DNA of 64,000 nucleotides from a virus (Duplodnaviria; Caudoviricetes): IMG/VR virus record IMGVR_UViG_3300009664_000002, positions 7,333 through 71,332 of that record, one strand, 5' to 3'. The notes under the pieces were generated by a model, which saw only the letters and a list, made by a program, of their open reading frames with translations, had not been told where the DNA came from and ran no database searches. Shown one piece after another: positions 55,249 through 64,000 of the stretch; the stretch's first letter is position 1; each line of letters starts with the position of its first letter. The position numbers and the translations under genes were made by a program.

Positions 55249-56370
55249 ATGCCTAAAGAAAATGGTAGTTGGCGTGATTTACCCGAATCAATAATAAAAC
55301 TTTCTAAACGTCTGAAAAATGTTAAAGAAAAAAATAATTGGGGTACATATTATAGTAGACTTAATTTTAATAAACCAAGTTACACTATTACCACACATTT
55401 TCATAGATTACCAAATAGTGCAAACTTACACCCATACCAAAACAGAATGATTTCAATTAGAGAAGGTGCTAGATTACAATCATTTAAAGATAATTATATT
55501 TTTTATGGTAGTAAAACATCACAATATAAACAAATTGGAAATGCAGTACCACCATTATTGGCAAGAGCAATTGCTGAAAAAATAAAACCCTATTTAAATA
55601 ATTATAATTTTATTGATTTATTCGCAGGTGCTGGTGGAATGTCAAATGGTTTTATTGATGAAAATTATAATTTAATTGCTGCCAATGAAATTGATAAAAA
55701 TCTATTCGAAACATATATGAAAAATCATGCAAAATATAATAAAAATAATAATTTAATACTTGGTGATATTACAAAAAAAGAAATAAAAAATAAAATAATT
55801 AATATCGGTCTAAATAATAATGTTGGAATTATAATGGGTGGAATTCCATGTCAAGGATTTTCATCTGCGGGTCTTAGAAATCCAAATGACCATAGAAATA
55901 AATTATATTTGGAATTTCTTGATATAGTAAAAACAATAAAACCCGAAATATTCATTATAGAAAATGTAATTGGATTATTATCAATGGAAAAGGGAAAAAT
56001 TATAAAAAAAATAATTAAATCTTTTGAAGATATTGGATATTATGTTAATAAACCATTTAAATTGAATGCTGAAGAATATGGTGTTCCACAATTACGTAGA
56101 AGAATATTTATTATTGGTTCTTTAAATAAAATTGAAATTAAACCACCTGAAATACTTTTTTCTTTAACAAATAATAATTTACCCAATCCAATTACTAGCG
56201 GTGAAGCAATTAAAAGTTTACCCAAATTAAAAACAAATGATGGTATATTCGAAATGGAATATAATTATACACCAATCACATTATACGATAAATTAATGAA
56301 TAATGAAATTACATTTAAAGAATTTTACTTTTTAAAAATCAATGAAATCTTAAAAATTAATAATCTATAA
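55249..56370 (+). CDS. Circularly permuted C5 cytosine DNA methyltransferase (frame open from 55153)
   Basis: Motifs IX (SIREGARLQSF) and X (QIGNAVPP) precede I (DLFAGAGG), IV (GIPCQGFS), VI (ENV) and VIII (PQLRRR). Confidence 0.9.
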   Translation: MPKENGSWRDLPESIIKLSKRLKNVKEKNNWGTYYSRLNFNKPSYTITTHFHRLPNSANLHPYQNRMISIREGARLQSFKDNYIFYGSKTSQYKQIGNAVPPLLARAIAEKIKPYLNNYNFIDLFAGAGGMSNGFIDENYNLIAANEIDKNLFETYMKNHAKYNKNNNLILGDITKKEIKNKIINIGLNNNVGIIMGGIPCQGFSSAGLRNPNDHRNKLYLEFLDIVKTIKPEIFIIENVIGLLSMEKGKIIKKIIKSFEDIGYYVNKPFKLNAEEYGVPQLRRRIFIIGSLNKIEIKPPEILFSLTNNNLPNPITSGEAIKSLPKLKTNDGIFEMEYNYTPITLYDKLMNNEITFKEFYFLKINEILKINNL

Positions 56371-56713
56371 ACTATCAAAATATTTCTTTTCTTCTTTAGA
56401 AGAATCATTTTTGTCAATAATTTCTAACCCCTTTTTATCAAAATAATTAACATAACTATTTTTAACTCCAGAATATGTCGTATAATTTACAATTAAAACT
56501 GCCCTTCCATCATTAAATATATTTAACTTACCCTTAAATTTGGGTTTATCTTCTTTATTGGTAATTAAATAACTTTATATTTGGATTTATCTGATTCAAT
56601 TTTTTCTGAATTATAATTCCTTTCATATTGAGAATGATTTAAAAAGAGGTTGGAGTAGTTGGACTTTTGGTAACTATGGATTTCATGGAACAAAAGAAGA
56701 ATTAAAAAAAGCA

Positions 56714-57010
56714 ATGCAAACAGCAATTGATAATAATCATGAATTTTCAATATCAGGATTTGACCTTTGGGGTGATGATATTAAAAAAGCAGATATTCGT
56801 GAATTATATCCCAACTATTGGGTGTTGGTCGATAATGTAAATGCTAAAAATGGACTGTCGTTTATACCATTAAAATCAACAAATCTAAAAGATGCTATTA
56901 TTGAAGCAAAAAATGAAATATATTCAGGTGAGGGAGTTTCTTACCACCCAAGTGAAGTTAAACTAGTGTATAGTATTGATAATCTAATTCATATTTTTGA
57001 AGTTATCTAA
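56714..57010 (+). CDS. Hypothetical protein (frame open further upstream)
   Basis: 98 aa ORF. Confidence 0.55.
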   Translation: MQTAIDNNHEFSISGFDLWGDDIKKADIRELYPNYWVLVDNVNAKNGLSFIPLKSTNLKDAIIEAKNEIYSGEGVSYHPSEVKLVYSIDNLIHIFEVI

Positions 57011-57028
57011 AAAATAAATTTTAATATT

Positions 57029-58135
57029 ATGAAAAATATAATGAATAACAATACCTTAATATCCGAAAACCCACAATCCGATATTAAATATAATAACGAA
57101 GCGAAAAGAATATTCCATAAAATAAAAAAGAATATAAATAATATAAAATTAGAACCAACAAATCCTGATTTAGAATTCGTATATGATACAAAAGGAAACA
57201 AACGTCCATTATATGGTGTTAAATTTAATCTAAACCAAATAGATAAAAAATATAACCTAAATATTATATTTGCACATCAAATAGGTAATAATATAGCATT
57301 CTTTGACCGAAATAATAATAGAATGGTATTCCTAATTATATCACAAACTGATAAAAACTCATTCGAAAATAATGAATACTATGCAAAATTAAGATTTAAA
57401 TTTTGGATTGCTGAAGATACTTTTATTCACGAATTTATTCATTACCTAGATTCAATTAGATATAAAAATACATATAAACCAACAATGAATAAAAATAGTA
57501 AAGAAGAATATTACAACTCACCCGAAGAATTTAATGCGTATATGCATGGAATAATTACATATGCATTAAAAAATAAGTATAGATTGAAAAATCTACCATT
57601 TAAAACATTCCTAAATAGAATAATAAAAAACTATATAAAAGAAAACTTTGGATTTATAAAAAATATTAATGATGATAATAAAAAAAAGTTAATAAAAAGA
57701 ATGTATAAAACATATACAGAATTTAATAAACCTATTCTTGTAAAAGAAGAAAATTTAAACACTAACCAAAATAATATTCTAACAGAAAAGGAGTTTAACA
57801 AAATATACGTAGCACAACATAAAGATATTAGAGGTAAAATGAATAATACCCTTGAACAAAATAAAAAAAGTATTCTAAAAAATGGATTCCATAAAAGTAC
57901 CAGTGTAAACCTACTACCCATATTTAACGGATATATATTCAGTATTATTGATAGAAAATATGGAAACCATAAAGATGATATGGTTTATATTATAAGAAAA
58001 GAAGGTGTTAATGAAAAAAATGGTAATTATAATATAAAAACAGGATATAAACCAACAGAAAATGAAGTCTTTAAAATAGAATATGACTACCAACCAACAT
58101 ATGAAGCATATGTTAATGCTATGCTAAATAAATAA
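57029..58135 (+). CDS. HExxH zincin-like protein
   Basis: FIHEFIHYLD plus downstream PEEFNAY. Confidence 0.6.
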   Translation: MKNIMNNNTLISENPQSDIKYNNEAKRIFHKIKKNINNIKLEPTNPDLEFVYDTKGNKRPLYGVKFNLNQIDKKYNLNIIFAHQIGNNIAFFDRNNNRMVFLIISQTDKNSFENNEYYAKLRFKFWIAEDTFIHEFIHYLDSIRYKNTYKPTMNKNSKEEYYNSPEEFNAYMHGIITYALKNKYRLKNLPFKTFLNRIIKNYIKENFGFIKNINDDNKKKLIKRMYKTYTEFNKPILVKEENLNTNQNNILTEKEFNKIYVAQHKDIRGKMNNTLEQNKKSILKNGFHKSTSVNLLPIFNGYIFSIIDRKYGNHKDDMVYIIRKEGVNEKNGNYNIKTGYKPTENEVFKIEYDYQPTYEAYVNAMLNK

Positions 58136-58502
58136 AAAATAAATATTTATACTTCTGATAAAATACTTAAATATATCCTAAAATAATTTTATGTTTCATT
58201 AGATTTATTAATATATATAAAATAAAATATAATGGTTTTTGAAATATTACTTGATAAAGATTTATATAATTCAATATCTCTTAAAACAAAAATAATTAAT
58301 TTTTTTAGAACACGGTCTTTTGTTTTATATGGAAGTTTAAAAAATTGGAATATGACAATTATTGGTAAAAAAATAAGAGAATAATATTTTTGATTTAATA
58401 AATTAATATTATATTTTTTTATAAATTATTATAAAAGATAATTTCTATTTTCTAAAAATTTTTTGGGAAATTTTTTGTTACATTTAGAAGTTATTCGTGT
58501 AG

Positions 58503-58578
58503 CACCCCCCCCTGTTTTTCGTCCCCCTGTGGTGGGGATATATAGGGGGGGGATACGGTAAATAAGGGAGTAGGGGGA
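58503..58578. other. G/C homopolymer island in AT-rich DNA
   Basis: C8, C5, G4, G8, G3 and G5 runs within 76 nt. Confidence 0.8.
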
Positions 58579-58595
58579 TAAATAATATTTACATA

Positions 58596-58828
58596 TTCTT
58601 ATACGTATTTTAAATTAAAAAGTTTCAATCTTATTTAAAAATTTATATCTTTTTTTAATTTAGAATAATTCTAAATAGGGTTATTTATTTTAAATTTGGT
58701 TTATTACAATTAGTTTATTTTAATGTAATGGCAATTAATATTTAATATAAGACGTTTATTTGTTTGTTTAGTATAGAGTATTGACAAAAAAAAACGGGCT
58801 TAAATTAGCCCGTTTTTTAGTGTTTAAG
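58596..58828 (-). repeat. About 230-bp intergenic promoter/terminator module, copy A
   Basis: Near-identical to 59412-59650; partial copy at 60586-60670. Confidence 0.88.
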
Positions 58829-58833
58829 AAAAA

Positions 58834-59358
58834 CTATATTAATTCGTATGTAGTTTTTCTAAATTTCACTCTTACAATATTGTCAATTGAAAGTTCTCTA
58901 TGATGAATTTCCTTACCCTCACTAACACCCTGATTTTTAGGAGTATTGTCAGGAAGATAGGGTTTTATAATTTTGTTAGGTATTAGTACCATATTTTTGT
59001 CAAAGTAAAACGACCTAAAAGTTTGTTGGTGTTTGTAGGTTAAATAAAAAGTACCTTTTTCTTTGTGCATGGACAAAGCAGTGGATATTCGTATTCCTTT
59101 GCCATTCCATAATGGTTTAGCAATAAAATTTTTTGTAAGATTTTCTCTTTCTCTTTCGTTATTTACACTATTTTCGTAAATATAACCAATCATGCAACCA
59201 ATATTTGCAATTTTCATAATATCACCAAAGAGTATTTTACCATCTTTGGTCAATTTGGGGGTTGTAATATATTGGATTGAAGCGGGTTGTGCCCCAAAAT
59301 TCCAATTTTTCAACATTTCGATTAGTTGGTCTTTCGATACTCTTACTGTATTTTTCAT
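58834..59358 (-). CDS. Hypothetical protein
   Basis: MKNTVRVSK start inside track ORF 58834..59382. Confidence 0.72.
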   Translation of the reverse strand: MKNTVRVSKDQLIEMLKNWNFGAQPASIQYITTPKLTKDGKILFGDIMKIANIGCMIGYIYENSVNNERERENLTKNFIAKPLWNGKGIRISTALSMHKEKGTFYLTYKHQQTFRSFYFDKNMVLIPNKIIKPYLPDNTPKNQGVSEGKEIHHRELSIDNIVRVKFRKTTYELI

Positions 59359-59411
59359 GGTAAAAAAATTTAGATTAAACAATAAAAAAATTAATTAATT
59401 AATTACAATTA

Positions 59412-59650
59412 ATGTTACGTATTTTAAATTAAAAAGTTTCAATCTTATTTAAAAATTTATATCTTTTTTTTAATTTAGAATAGTTTTAAATAGGGTTATT
59501 TATTTTAAAATATATGTGGTTTATTACTATTAGTTTATTTTAATATAACAATGATTTATTTTTTATTTTAGACGTTTATTTATTATTTAGGTATGGATAT
59601 TGACAAAAAAAAAAAACGGGCTTAAATTTGCCCGTTTTTTAGTGTTTATT
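59412..59650 (-). repeat. About 230-bp intergenic promoter/terminator module, copy B
   Basis: Contains acgggc/gcccgt terminator, palindrome and TGAAAC-N16-CGTA. Confidence 0.88.
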
Positions 59651-59661
59651 TACTTTGCTTT

Positions 59662-60537
59662 TTAAGCATTGGCAATTAAATACTCTAATACTGCAATATC
59701 TTTGTCTTTTCTTTTTTCAGGACTTGCAATGTTGAGTTCGTCATCATTAATATATTGGTTTATCCCATTATAGATAAGCCAATCACTTATTTTTCCTGCA
59801 TATCCCAAAGTAGGATTATCGGACTCAACTCTAATTTTGTCAATGATATTAGTAACAGTATTAAATTTTTTGTTGTCAATAGCAGTAATACCAACAGCAC
59901 CTAAAACTTCCTTGATTCTATCTTCAACTTTATATACCATACGGTCTGATAGTTGTGAATAGACATTTTTAACACTTGTTACAATTTCCTTTCCATTTTT
60001 TGCAATCATTTTGAGAAGATTGTCAAACTGAATAAGCGATTCTAAAATACTTGGGGTATGTTTGCCAGAAATTTGTAAATTATAATCTTTCATTTGCTTT
60101 ACAGGTACAGTCAAACCATTTTTACAAACAAGCCTATAAAAACCTGCAATACCTTTGTATTTCCATAACCCATTGTAACTATGTTGGAATACAAAGGAAA
60201 ATTTAATATCATCCTTTGTGTTTGGCATAATAAAAGCATATGCAGGGTCTTCAATGATATAGTAAGCATAAAACATGGCATGTTTTAGCATACTGTATTT
60301 AACAGTGAAATTCACGTTATTCTGCTTAAAAATTTCCTCAATTTTAGGAAAAATTTCACTATTAGGGACTAATTGATAACGGGGAGAACAATAGTTGAGG
60401 TCAATTTCGCCCGTATCAATATGACCCACAACTACTTTTGAATATTCCTGATTAGTGTTACGTGGGTTATCCCTTAGTTCAACAGGGAAAAGCATTTCAT
60501 TAAGAGTGCAAGGCATTAAAAATGATGGTGTTTTCAT
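59662..60537 (-). CDS. DUF932/DUF945-like protein
   Basis: YQLVPNSE, HSYNG, FYRLVCKNGL motifs. Confidence 0.72.
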   Translation of the reverse strand: MKTPSFLMPCTLNEMLFPVELRDNPRNTNQEYSKVVVGHIDTGEIDLNYCSPRYQLVPNSEIFPKIEEIFKQNNVNFTVKYSMLKHAMFYAYYIIEDPAYAFIMPNTKDDIKFSFVFQHSYNGLWKYKGIAGFYRLVCKNGLTVPVKQMKDYNLQISGKHTPSILESLIQFDNLLKMIAKNGKEIVTSVKNVYSQLSDRMVYKVEDRIKEVLGAVGITAIDNKKFNTVTNIIDKIRVESDNPTLGYAGKISDWLIYNGINQYINDDELNIASPEKRKDKDIAVLEYLIANA

Positions 60538-60861
60538 AATTGATAAGATTTTAATTAAACAATAGTTGTTATTTGTATTTGTTTATTCGTATTTTAATTA
60601 AAAAAGTTACATTTTTTTAATTAAAAATGATAAAATTGTATTAATTTAGAATGATTTTAAATAAGGGTATTGATATAACTTTTTGTTTATTATGGCGTAT
60701 ATTAATTGATATTGAATAAAAATCGTATGATTATTTTTAAATAAAAATAATTATATTTTTTTATTAATTAATATTAATTTTTTTTTGATAAAAGAATAAA
60801 ACTTATTATTAGTTAATAACAATAAGTTTTATTTAAAATGAAATATTAATATAATTATTTA

Positions 60862-61116
60862 TTATTCTACATGTATAATAGTATAATTAATAACTACATT
60901 ATATTTGGCAATATAATATCCCTTTGAAATTAATTTTTCTTTAGTTAGTTCATTGGTTTCAATGAATCCAAATTCTTTACAAAGGTTAATAAAATATTTT
61001 TTGGTAAAATCAATAACATTATTTGATGTTTCTTTATTAGAAATATCAAAGGAATCAATGGTTTCAACAATACCGTTTTTTGTAACAATAATTGATATAA
61101 TTATCATGGCATTCAA
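60862..61116 (-). CDS. Hypothetical protein
   Basis: 84 aa ORF with ECF-like motif upstream. Confidence 0.5.
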   Translation of the reverse strand: MNAMIIISIIVTKNGIVETIDSFDISNKETSNNVIDFTKKYFINLCKEFGFIETNELTKEKLISKGYYIAKYNVVINYTIIHVE

Positions 61117-61304
61117 TTTTATTGATTAATGCTATTTGAATATACGGAATGAATAAAAAATAGTTTCATTTCTATATAAAAAAACATTGTTCGATTAATA
61201 GTTATTAATTAAAACATAAATATTTTATATTTTTTGAAACTTTTATTTTTATATTACGTATTATTAAATATAATTACATTTTGTTTAACTAAAATTTTTG
61301 AATT

Positions 61305-61784
61305 ATGGCAACTAAAATGACGAATCGTGAAGCATCTTTTTTTGTAGATTTAGTTAATGGTAAAACCATTAAAGAAATACAGGAATCTATAATTAAAAGA
61401 ATTAGTAATTATCAATGGCGTACAAAAGTAAGTGATGAAGTTATTGTGAATGAAAAGCAATATGAGTTTAACAAATTAATGGAAGTAAAAGAGTTTTTTG
61501 ATAAGGTTAAATTGTTTGAAGAAAAAGAAACATATTCAGTTATGGGTTGGGGGTATGGACAAACCAACTATGAAAATTTTATGGTTGTTGGTCAAATTGG
61601 TGGTTCAATGGTTTGTATTTTGGATTGTGGGAATTATGTTTTTACTGTATCAAAAGCCAAATATTTAAAAAAAGAATTTGCATGGTTGGATAATAGTAAA
61701 GTAAGGGCAACTAAATGGGATGAACCTTTTACAAAGGAAGAAATAATGGAACAAAACCAATACAACGCATATTACGGGCATTAA
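61305..61784 (+). CDS. Hypothetical protein
   Basis: TGAAAC-N16-CGTA at 61235; acgggc/gcccgt terminator at its end. Confidence 0.75.
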   Translation: MATKMTNREASFFVDLVNGKTIKEIQESIIKRISNYQWRTKVSDEVIVNEKQYEFNKLMEVKEFFDKVKLFEEKETYSVMGWGYGQTNYENFMVVGQIGGSMVCILDCGNYVFTVSKAKYLKKEFAWLDNSKVRATKWDEPFTKEEIMEQNQYNAYYGH

Positions 61785-61934
61785 AGCCCGTTTTTTTTTG
61801 TTTTTATTATTAGTTTGTTATTAATTAAACATTGTTCGATGTTAATTATTTTAAATTAAAACATAAATATTTTATATTTTTTTGAAACTTAATTATTTTA
61901 TTTACGTATAATCAAATAGTATAAACCAAAACAT

Positions 61935-62303
61935 TTGTTAATTATGAATAAGTCAATTGAATTAATTAAAAAAGGTTTTGAAAGCAGTTCTGAAACAACA
62001 CCAGAATTTTTGGAATTTTACAGAACCTTTAAATCGGAATTTAGAAAAGAATTAAAATCTATTGGTGCAACAAATATTGTATTCAGTAGAGGTCATTTTT
62101 ACGTTTCAGGTTTTTTCACTTTGAATGGACAAGGGTGGTATTTTTCAATTCCTGATGTTAGGCATATGAATTTATATACCCGTGATTCTCATTTTTCGGA
62201 TTTACTTTATAGGAAAGTAAAACACTATGAAGATTATACTGGTGAATATAACAGGTATGTTAATATTGAAATAGGAATGGCAAAGAATATGGATTTCGAT
62301 TGA
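61935..62303 (+). CDS. Hypothetical protein
   Basis: TGAAAC-N16-CGTA at 61883. Confidence 0.72.
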   Translation: MLIMNKSIELIKKGFESSSETTPEFLEFYRTFKSEFRKELKSIGATNIVFSRGHFYVSGFFTLNGQGWYFSIPDVRHMNLYTRDSHFSDLLYRKVKHYEDYTGEYNRYVNIEIGMAKNMDFD

Positions 62304-62394
62304 AATTGAATTGTTTTTAAATTGTTAATGAATATCCCTTTGGTTTAAATATCAAAGGGATTATTTTTTTATTAAGTGTTTAGATAAGATTTAT

Positions 62395-62540
62395 TAATTA
62401 AACAATGTTCGATGTGATTATTAATAAAAACATTGTTCAAAATTTATTAATTAATCAATGTTCAGTTGTTGGTTTATTAATTAAACAATGTTCGATATGA
62501 TTATTAATAAAAACATTGTTCAAAATTTATTAATTAAAAT
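62395..62540. repeat. Tandem array of AACAWTGTT palindromic boxes
   Basis: Two approx. 60-bp near-identical units, each with aacaatgttcg and aacattgttc. Confidence 0.85.
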
Positions 62541-62691
62541 ATTATTTATTTTTTAAATAAAGAATGTTCATATTAATATAAAAGGAAACAACCCATTGCA
62601 CTCTTATTGGAACAACGGGTTGTTTTTTAAAAATTATTTATAATGATGGAGCGTAAAACCCACAAATCTTTAGTTTGTGGGATGTAAGCGA

Positions 62692-63105
62692 CTAACCTTG
62701 AGTGAGAATATACTGACGAATGGTATCTGGTGAAGCCTCACCAATAGAGCAAACGAAGTAACCATCTGACCAAAAGGTTCTTTCCTTCCAAAAGTGATTG
62801 AATAGAAATGAACGATGAGCAGAGTGCCAAATGTGATATGTAGATTCTTGCTTTAACTTACGGACAATAGATGTGATAGAAAGACGAGGAATATAGCGAA
62901 TGAGAAAGTGGATATGGTCTAAATCTGATTCAAAGACTTCAATTTCAAAATCTGAATTAGAAGTAATATTTAAGATAATGGAACGCATATCTTCTTTTAA
63001 CTGACCAACAAGCAACTTTTTACGGTACTTGCAAACAAAGATAAGATGGCACTTGAGGTAGTGTTTTGAACGATTTGTTGAGATGTACTGTGATTTTTTA
63101 GACAT
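62692..63105 (-). CDS. tnpA: IS200/IS605 Y1 (HUH) transposase
   Basis: HLIFVCKYR, DHIHFL (HUH), KLKQ, FWSDGYF, YILTQ. Confidence 0.95.
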   Translation of the reverse strand: MSKKSQYISTNRSKHYLKCHLIFVCKYRKKLLVGQLKEDMRSIILNITSNSDFEIEVFESDLDHIHFLIRYIPRLSITSIVRKLKQESTYHIWHSAHRSFLFNHFWKERTFWSDGYFVCSIGEASPDTIRQYILTQG

Positions 63106-63200
63106 AGTGGAGAATTTTTTGTGAAAGTTTTTTACCCGAAGACGGAAACTTTTACAAAAAATTCGTAACTTTGCATAAATTCAGACTATTTAATAATATA

Positions 63201-64000
63201 GTGAAAACAATACATAGGACATATCGCTTTGAATTAAGACCAACACAAGACCAAAAAGTGTTGCTGGATAAACATTTCGGATGCGTTAGGTTCGTGTATA
63301 ATCACTTTCTGAATGAACGTAAAGAACAGTATCAAGCAAACAAGAAGTCTGATAACTACTACGCTCAAGCAAAAACTTTGACTGAATTAAAAAAGCAAGA
63401 GGAAACTGTTTGGCTTAAAGAAGTAAACAGTCAAACCCTGCAATTTGCTTTAAGGTCTTTGGATACTGCATACCTTAACTTCTTTCGTGGAAATGCCAAG
63501 TTTCCAAGATTTAAGTCAAAGAAAAGAAAGAACGGATTCACAGTACCACAACACACAAAATTGGTTGATGGTAGAATTTACGTTCCAAAATTCAAAGAAG
63601 GTATTAAATGTATTGTTCACCGTGAAATAAAGGGCGATGTTGGCAAAATGACCTTTACTAAAACACCGACTGGAAGATACTATGTTTCAATTTTAACCGA
63701 AGAACAGTATCAACCAAAAGAAAAAACTGGTGCTGTTTGTGGTGTGGATTTAGGATTGAAAGATTTTGCTATTACTTCTGATGGAATCAAATTCAAGAAT
63801 AACCGATATACCAAGAAATATGAAAGAGATTTAGCGAAAGCACAAAAACACCTTTCTCGTAAACAAAAAGGCAGTAGTTCGTTTGAAAGACAAAAACGAA
63901 AAGTTGCCAAAATACACGAGAAAATATCCAACACAAGACAAGATGTATTGCACAAGGTATCGCATCAACTTGTTTCTGATTATGACATAATTGCTTTGGA
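63201..64000 (+). CDS. tnpB: TnpB RNA-guided endonuclease (partial)
   Basis: GTG start; RTYRFELRPT, FGCVRFVYN, WLKEVNSQTLQ, FPRFKSK, RuvC-I GVDLGLK; no stop before the window end. Confidence 0.93.
   Translation, partial: MKTIHRTYRFELRPTQDQKVLLDKHFGCVRFVYNHFLNERKEQYQANKKSDNYYAQAKTLTELKKQEETVWLKEVNSQTLQFALRSLDTAYLNFFRGNAKFPRFKSKKRKNGFTVPQHTKLVDGRIYVPKFKEGIKCIVHREIKGDVGKMTFTKTPTGRYYVSILTEEQYQPKEKTGAVCGVDLGLKDFAITSDGIKFKNNRYTKKYERDLAKAQKHLSRKQKGSSSFERQKRKVAKIHEKISNTRQDVLHKVSHQLVSDYDIIAL

Larger units (their letters stand above)
62645..64000. mobile_element. IS200/IS605-family element (tnpA + tnpB), truncated by the window end
   Basis: Subterminal hairpin cccacaaa/tttgtggg at 62659-62681, divergent tnpA/tnpB, higher GC than flanks. 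Confidence 0.9.

Noticed and set aside
56371-56630. Small minus-strand gene downstream of the C5 MTase
   Set aside because: Only short or start-less frames were found; cannot be supported.
62395-62540. Mini CRISPR array
   Set aside because: Intervening sequences are themselves repeated and too short; only two units.
1-64000. Genome-wide TAG-to-Gln recoding as in Lak phages
   Set aside because: Long conserved genes are intact in code 11, and several genes end at TAG followed by non-coding DNA (18382, 20535, 24409, 30726, 42115). Only one internal TAG (38486) was found.
1-64000. Eukaryotic giant virus (NCLDV) origin suggested by EXD2-like, Thg1 and MTase genes
   Set aside because: T4-like portal and terminase, tmRNA, bacterial promoters and terminators and an IS605 element indicate a bacteriophage.

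Overview
Very AT-rich 64 kb segment of a large T4-like jumbo/huge phage genome. The host is probably a Bacteroidota, judging by TAnnTTTG -7 promoter boxes, a Bacteroidota-type class II RNR, and FISUMP and DUF285 domains. It uses the standard genetic code. Left: baseplate-like protein, lytic transglycosylase, gp20-like portal, gp17-like terminase and head-related genes. Middle: 25 tRNA genes covering all 20 amino acids, a tmRNA, tRNA/RNA repair genes (Rnl1 ligase, Thg1, cyclic-phosphate receiver domain, phosphoesterases, nucleotidyltransferases), DNA methyltransferases, an intein-containing NrdJ and nucleotide metabolism genes. Right: proteins with shared N-terminal leader motifs (likely packaged head proteins, several ADP-ribosyltransferase-like), a G/C-run island, repeated promoter/terminator gene cassettes and an IS200/IS605 element cut by the window end. 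Main discovery: each of the four tRNA units is preceded by promoter, short leader ORF, antiterminator and intrinsic terminator. Each leader peptide is enriched in the amino acids whose tRNAs lie downstream (Q/P/H; L/D/E/V/A/W; K/Y; T/I/N/S/F/R/C/G/M), and the four sets partition all 20 amino acids. This suggests ribosome-stalling attenuation that supplies phage tRNAs on demand. Also notable: two rewired tRNAs with a relocated D-arm, a tRNA-His lacking G-1 alongside Thg1, and a Gly/Arg tRNA pair related by an anticodon switch.
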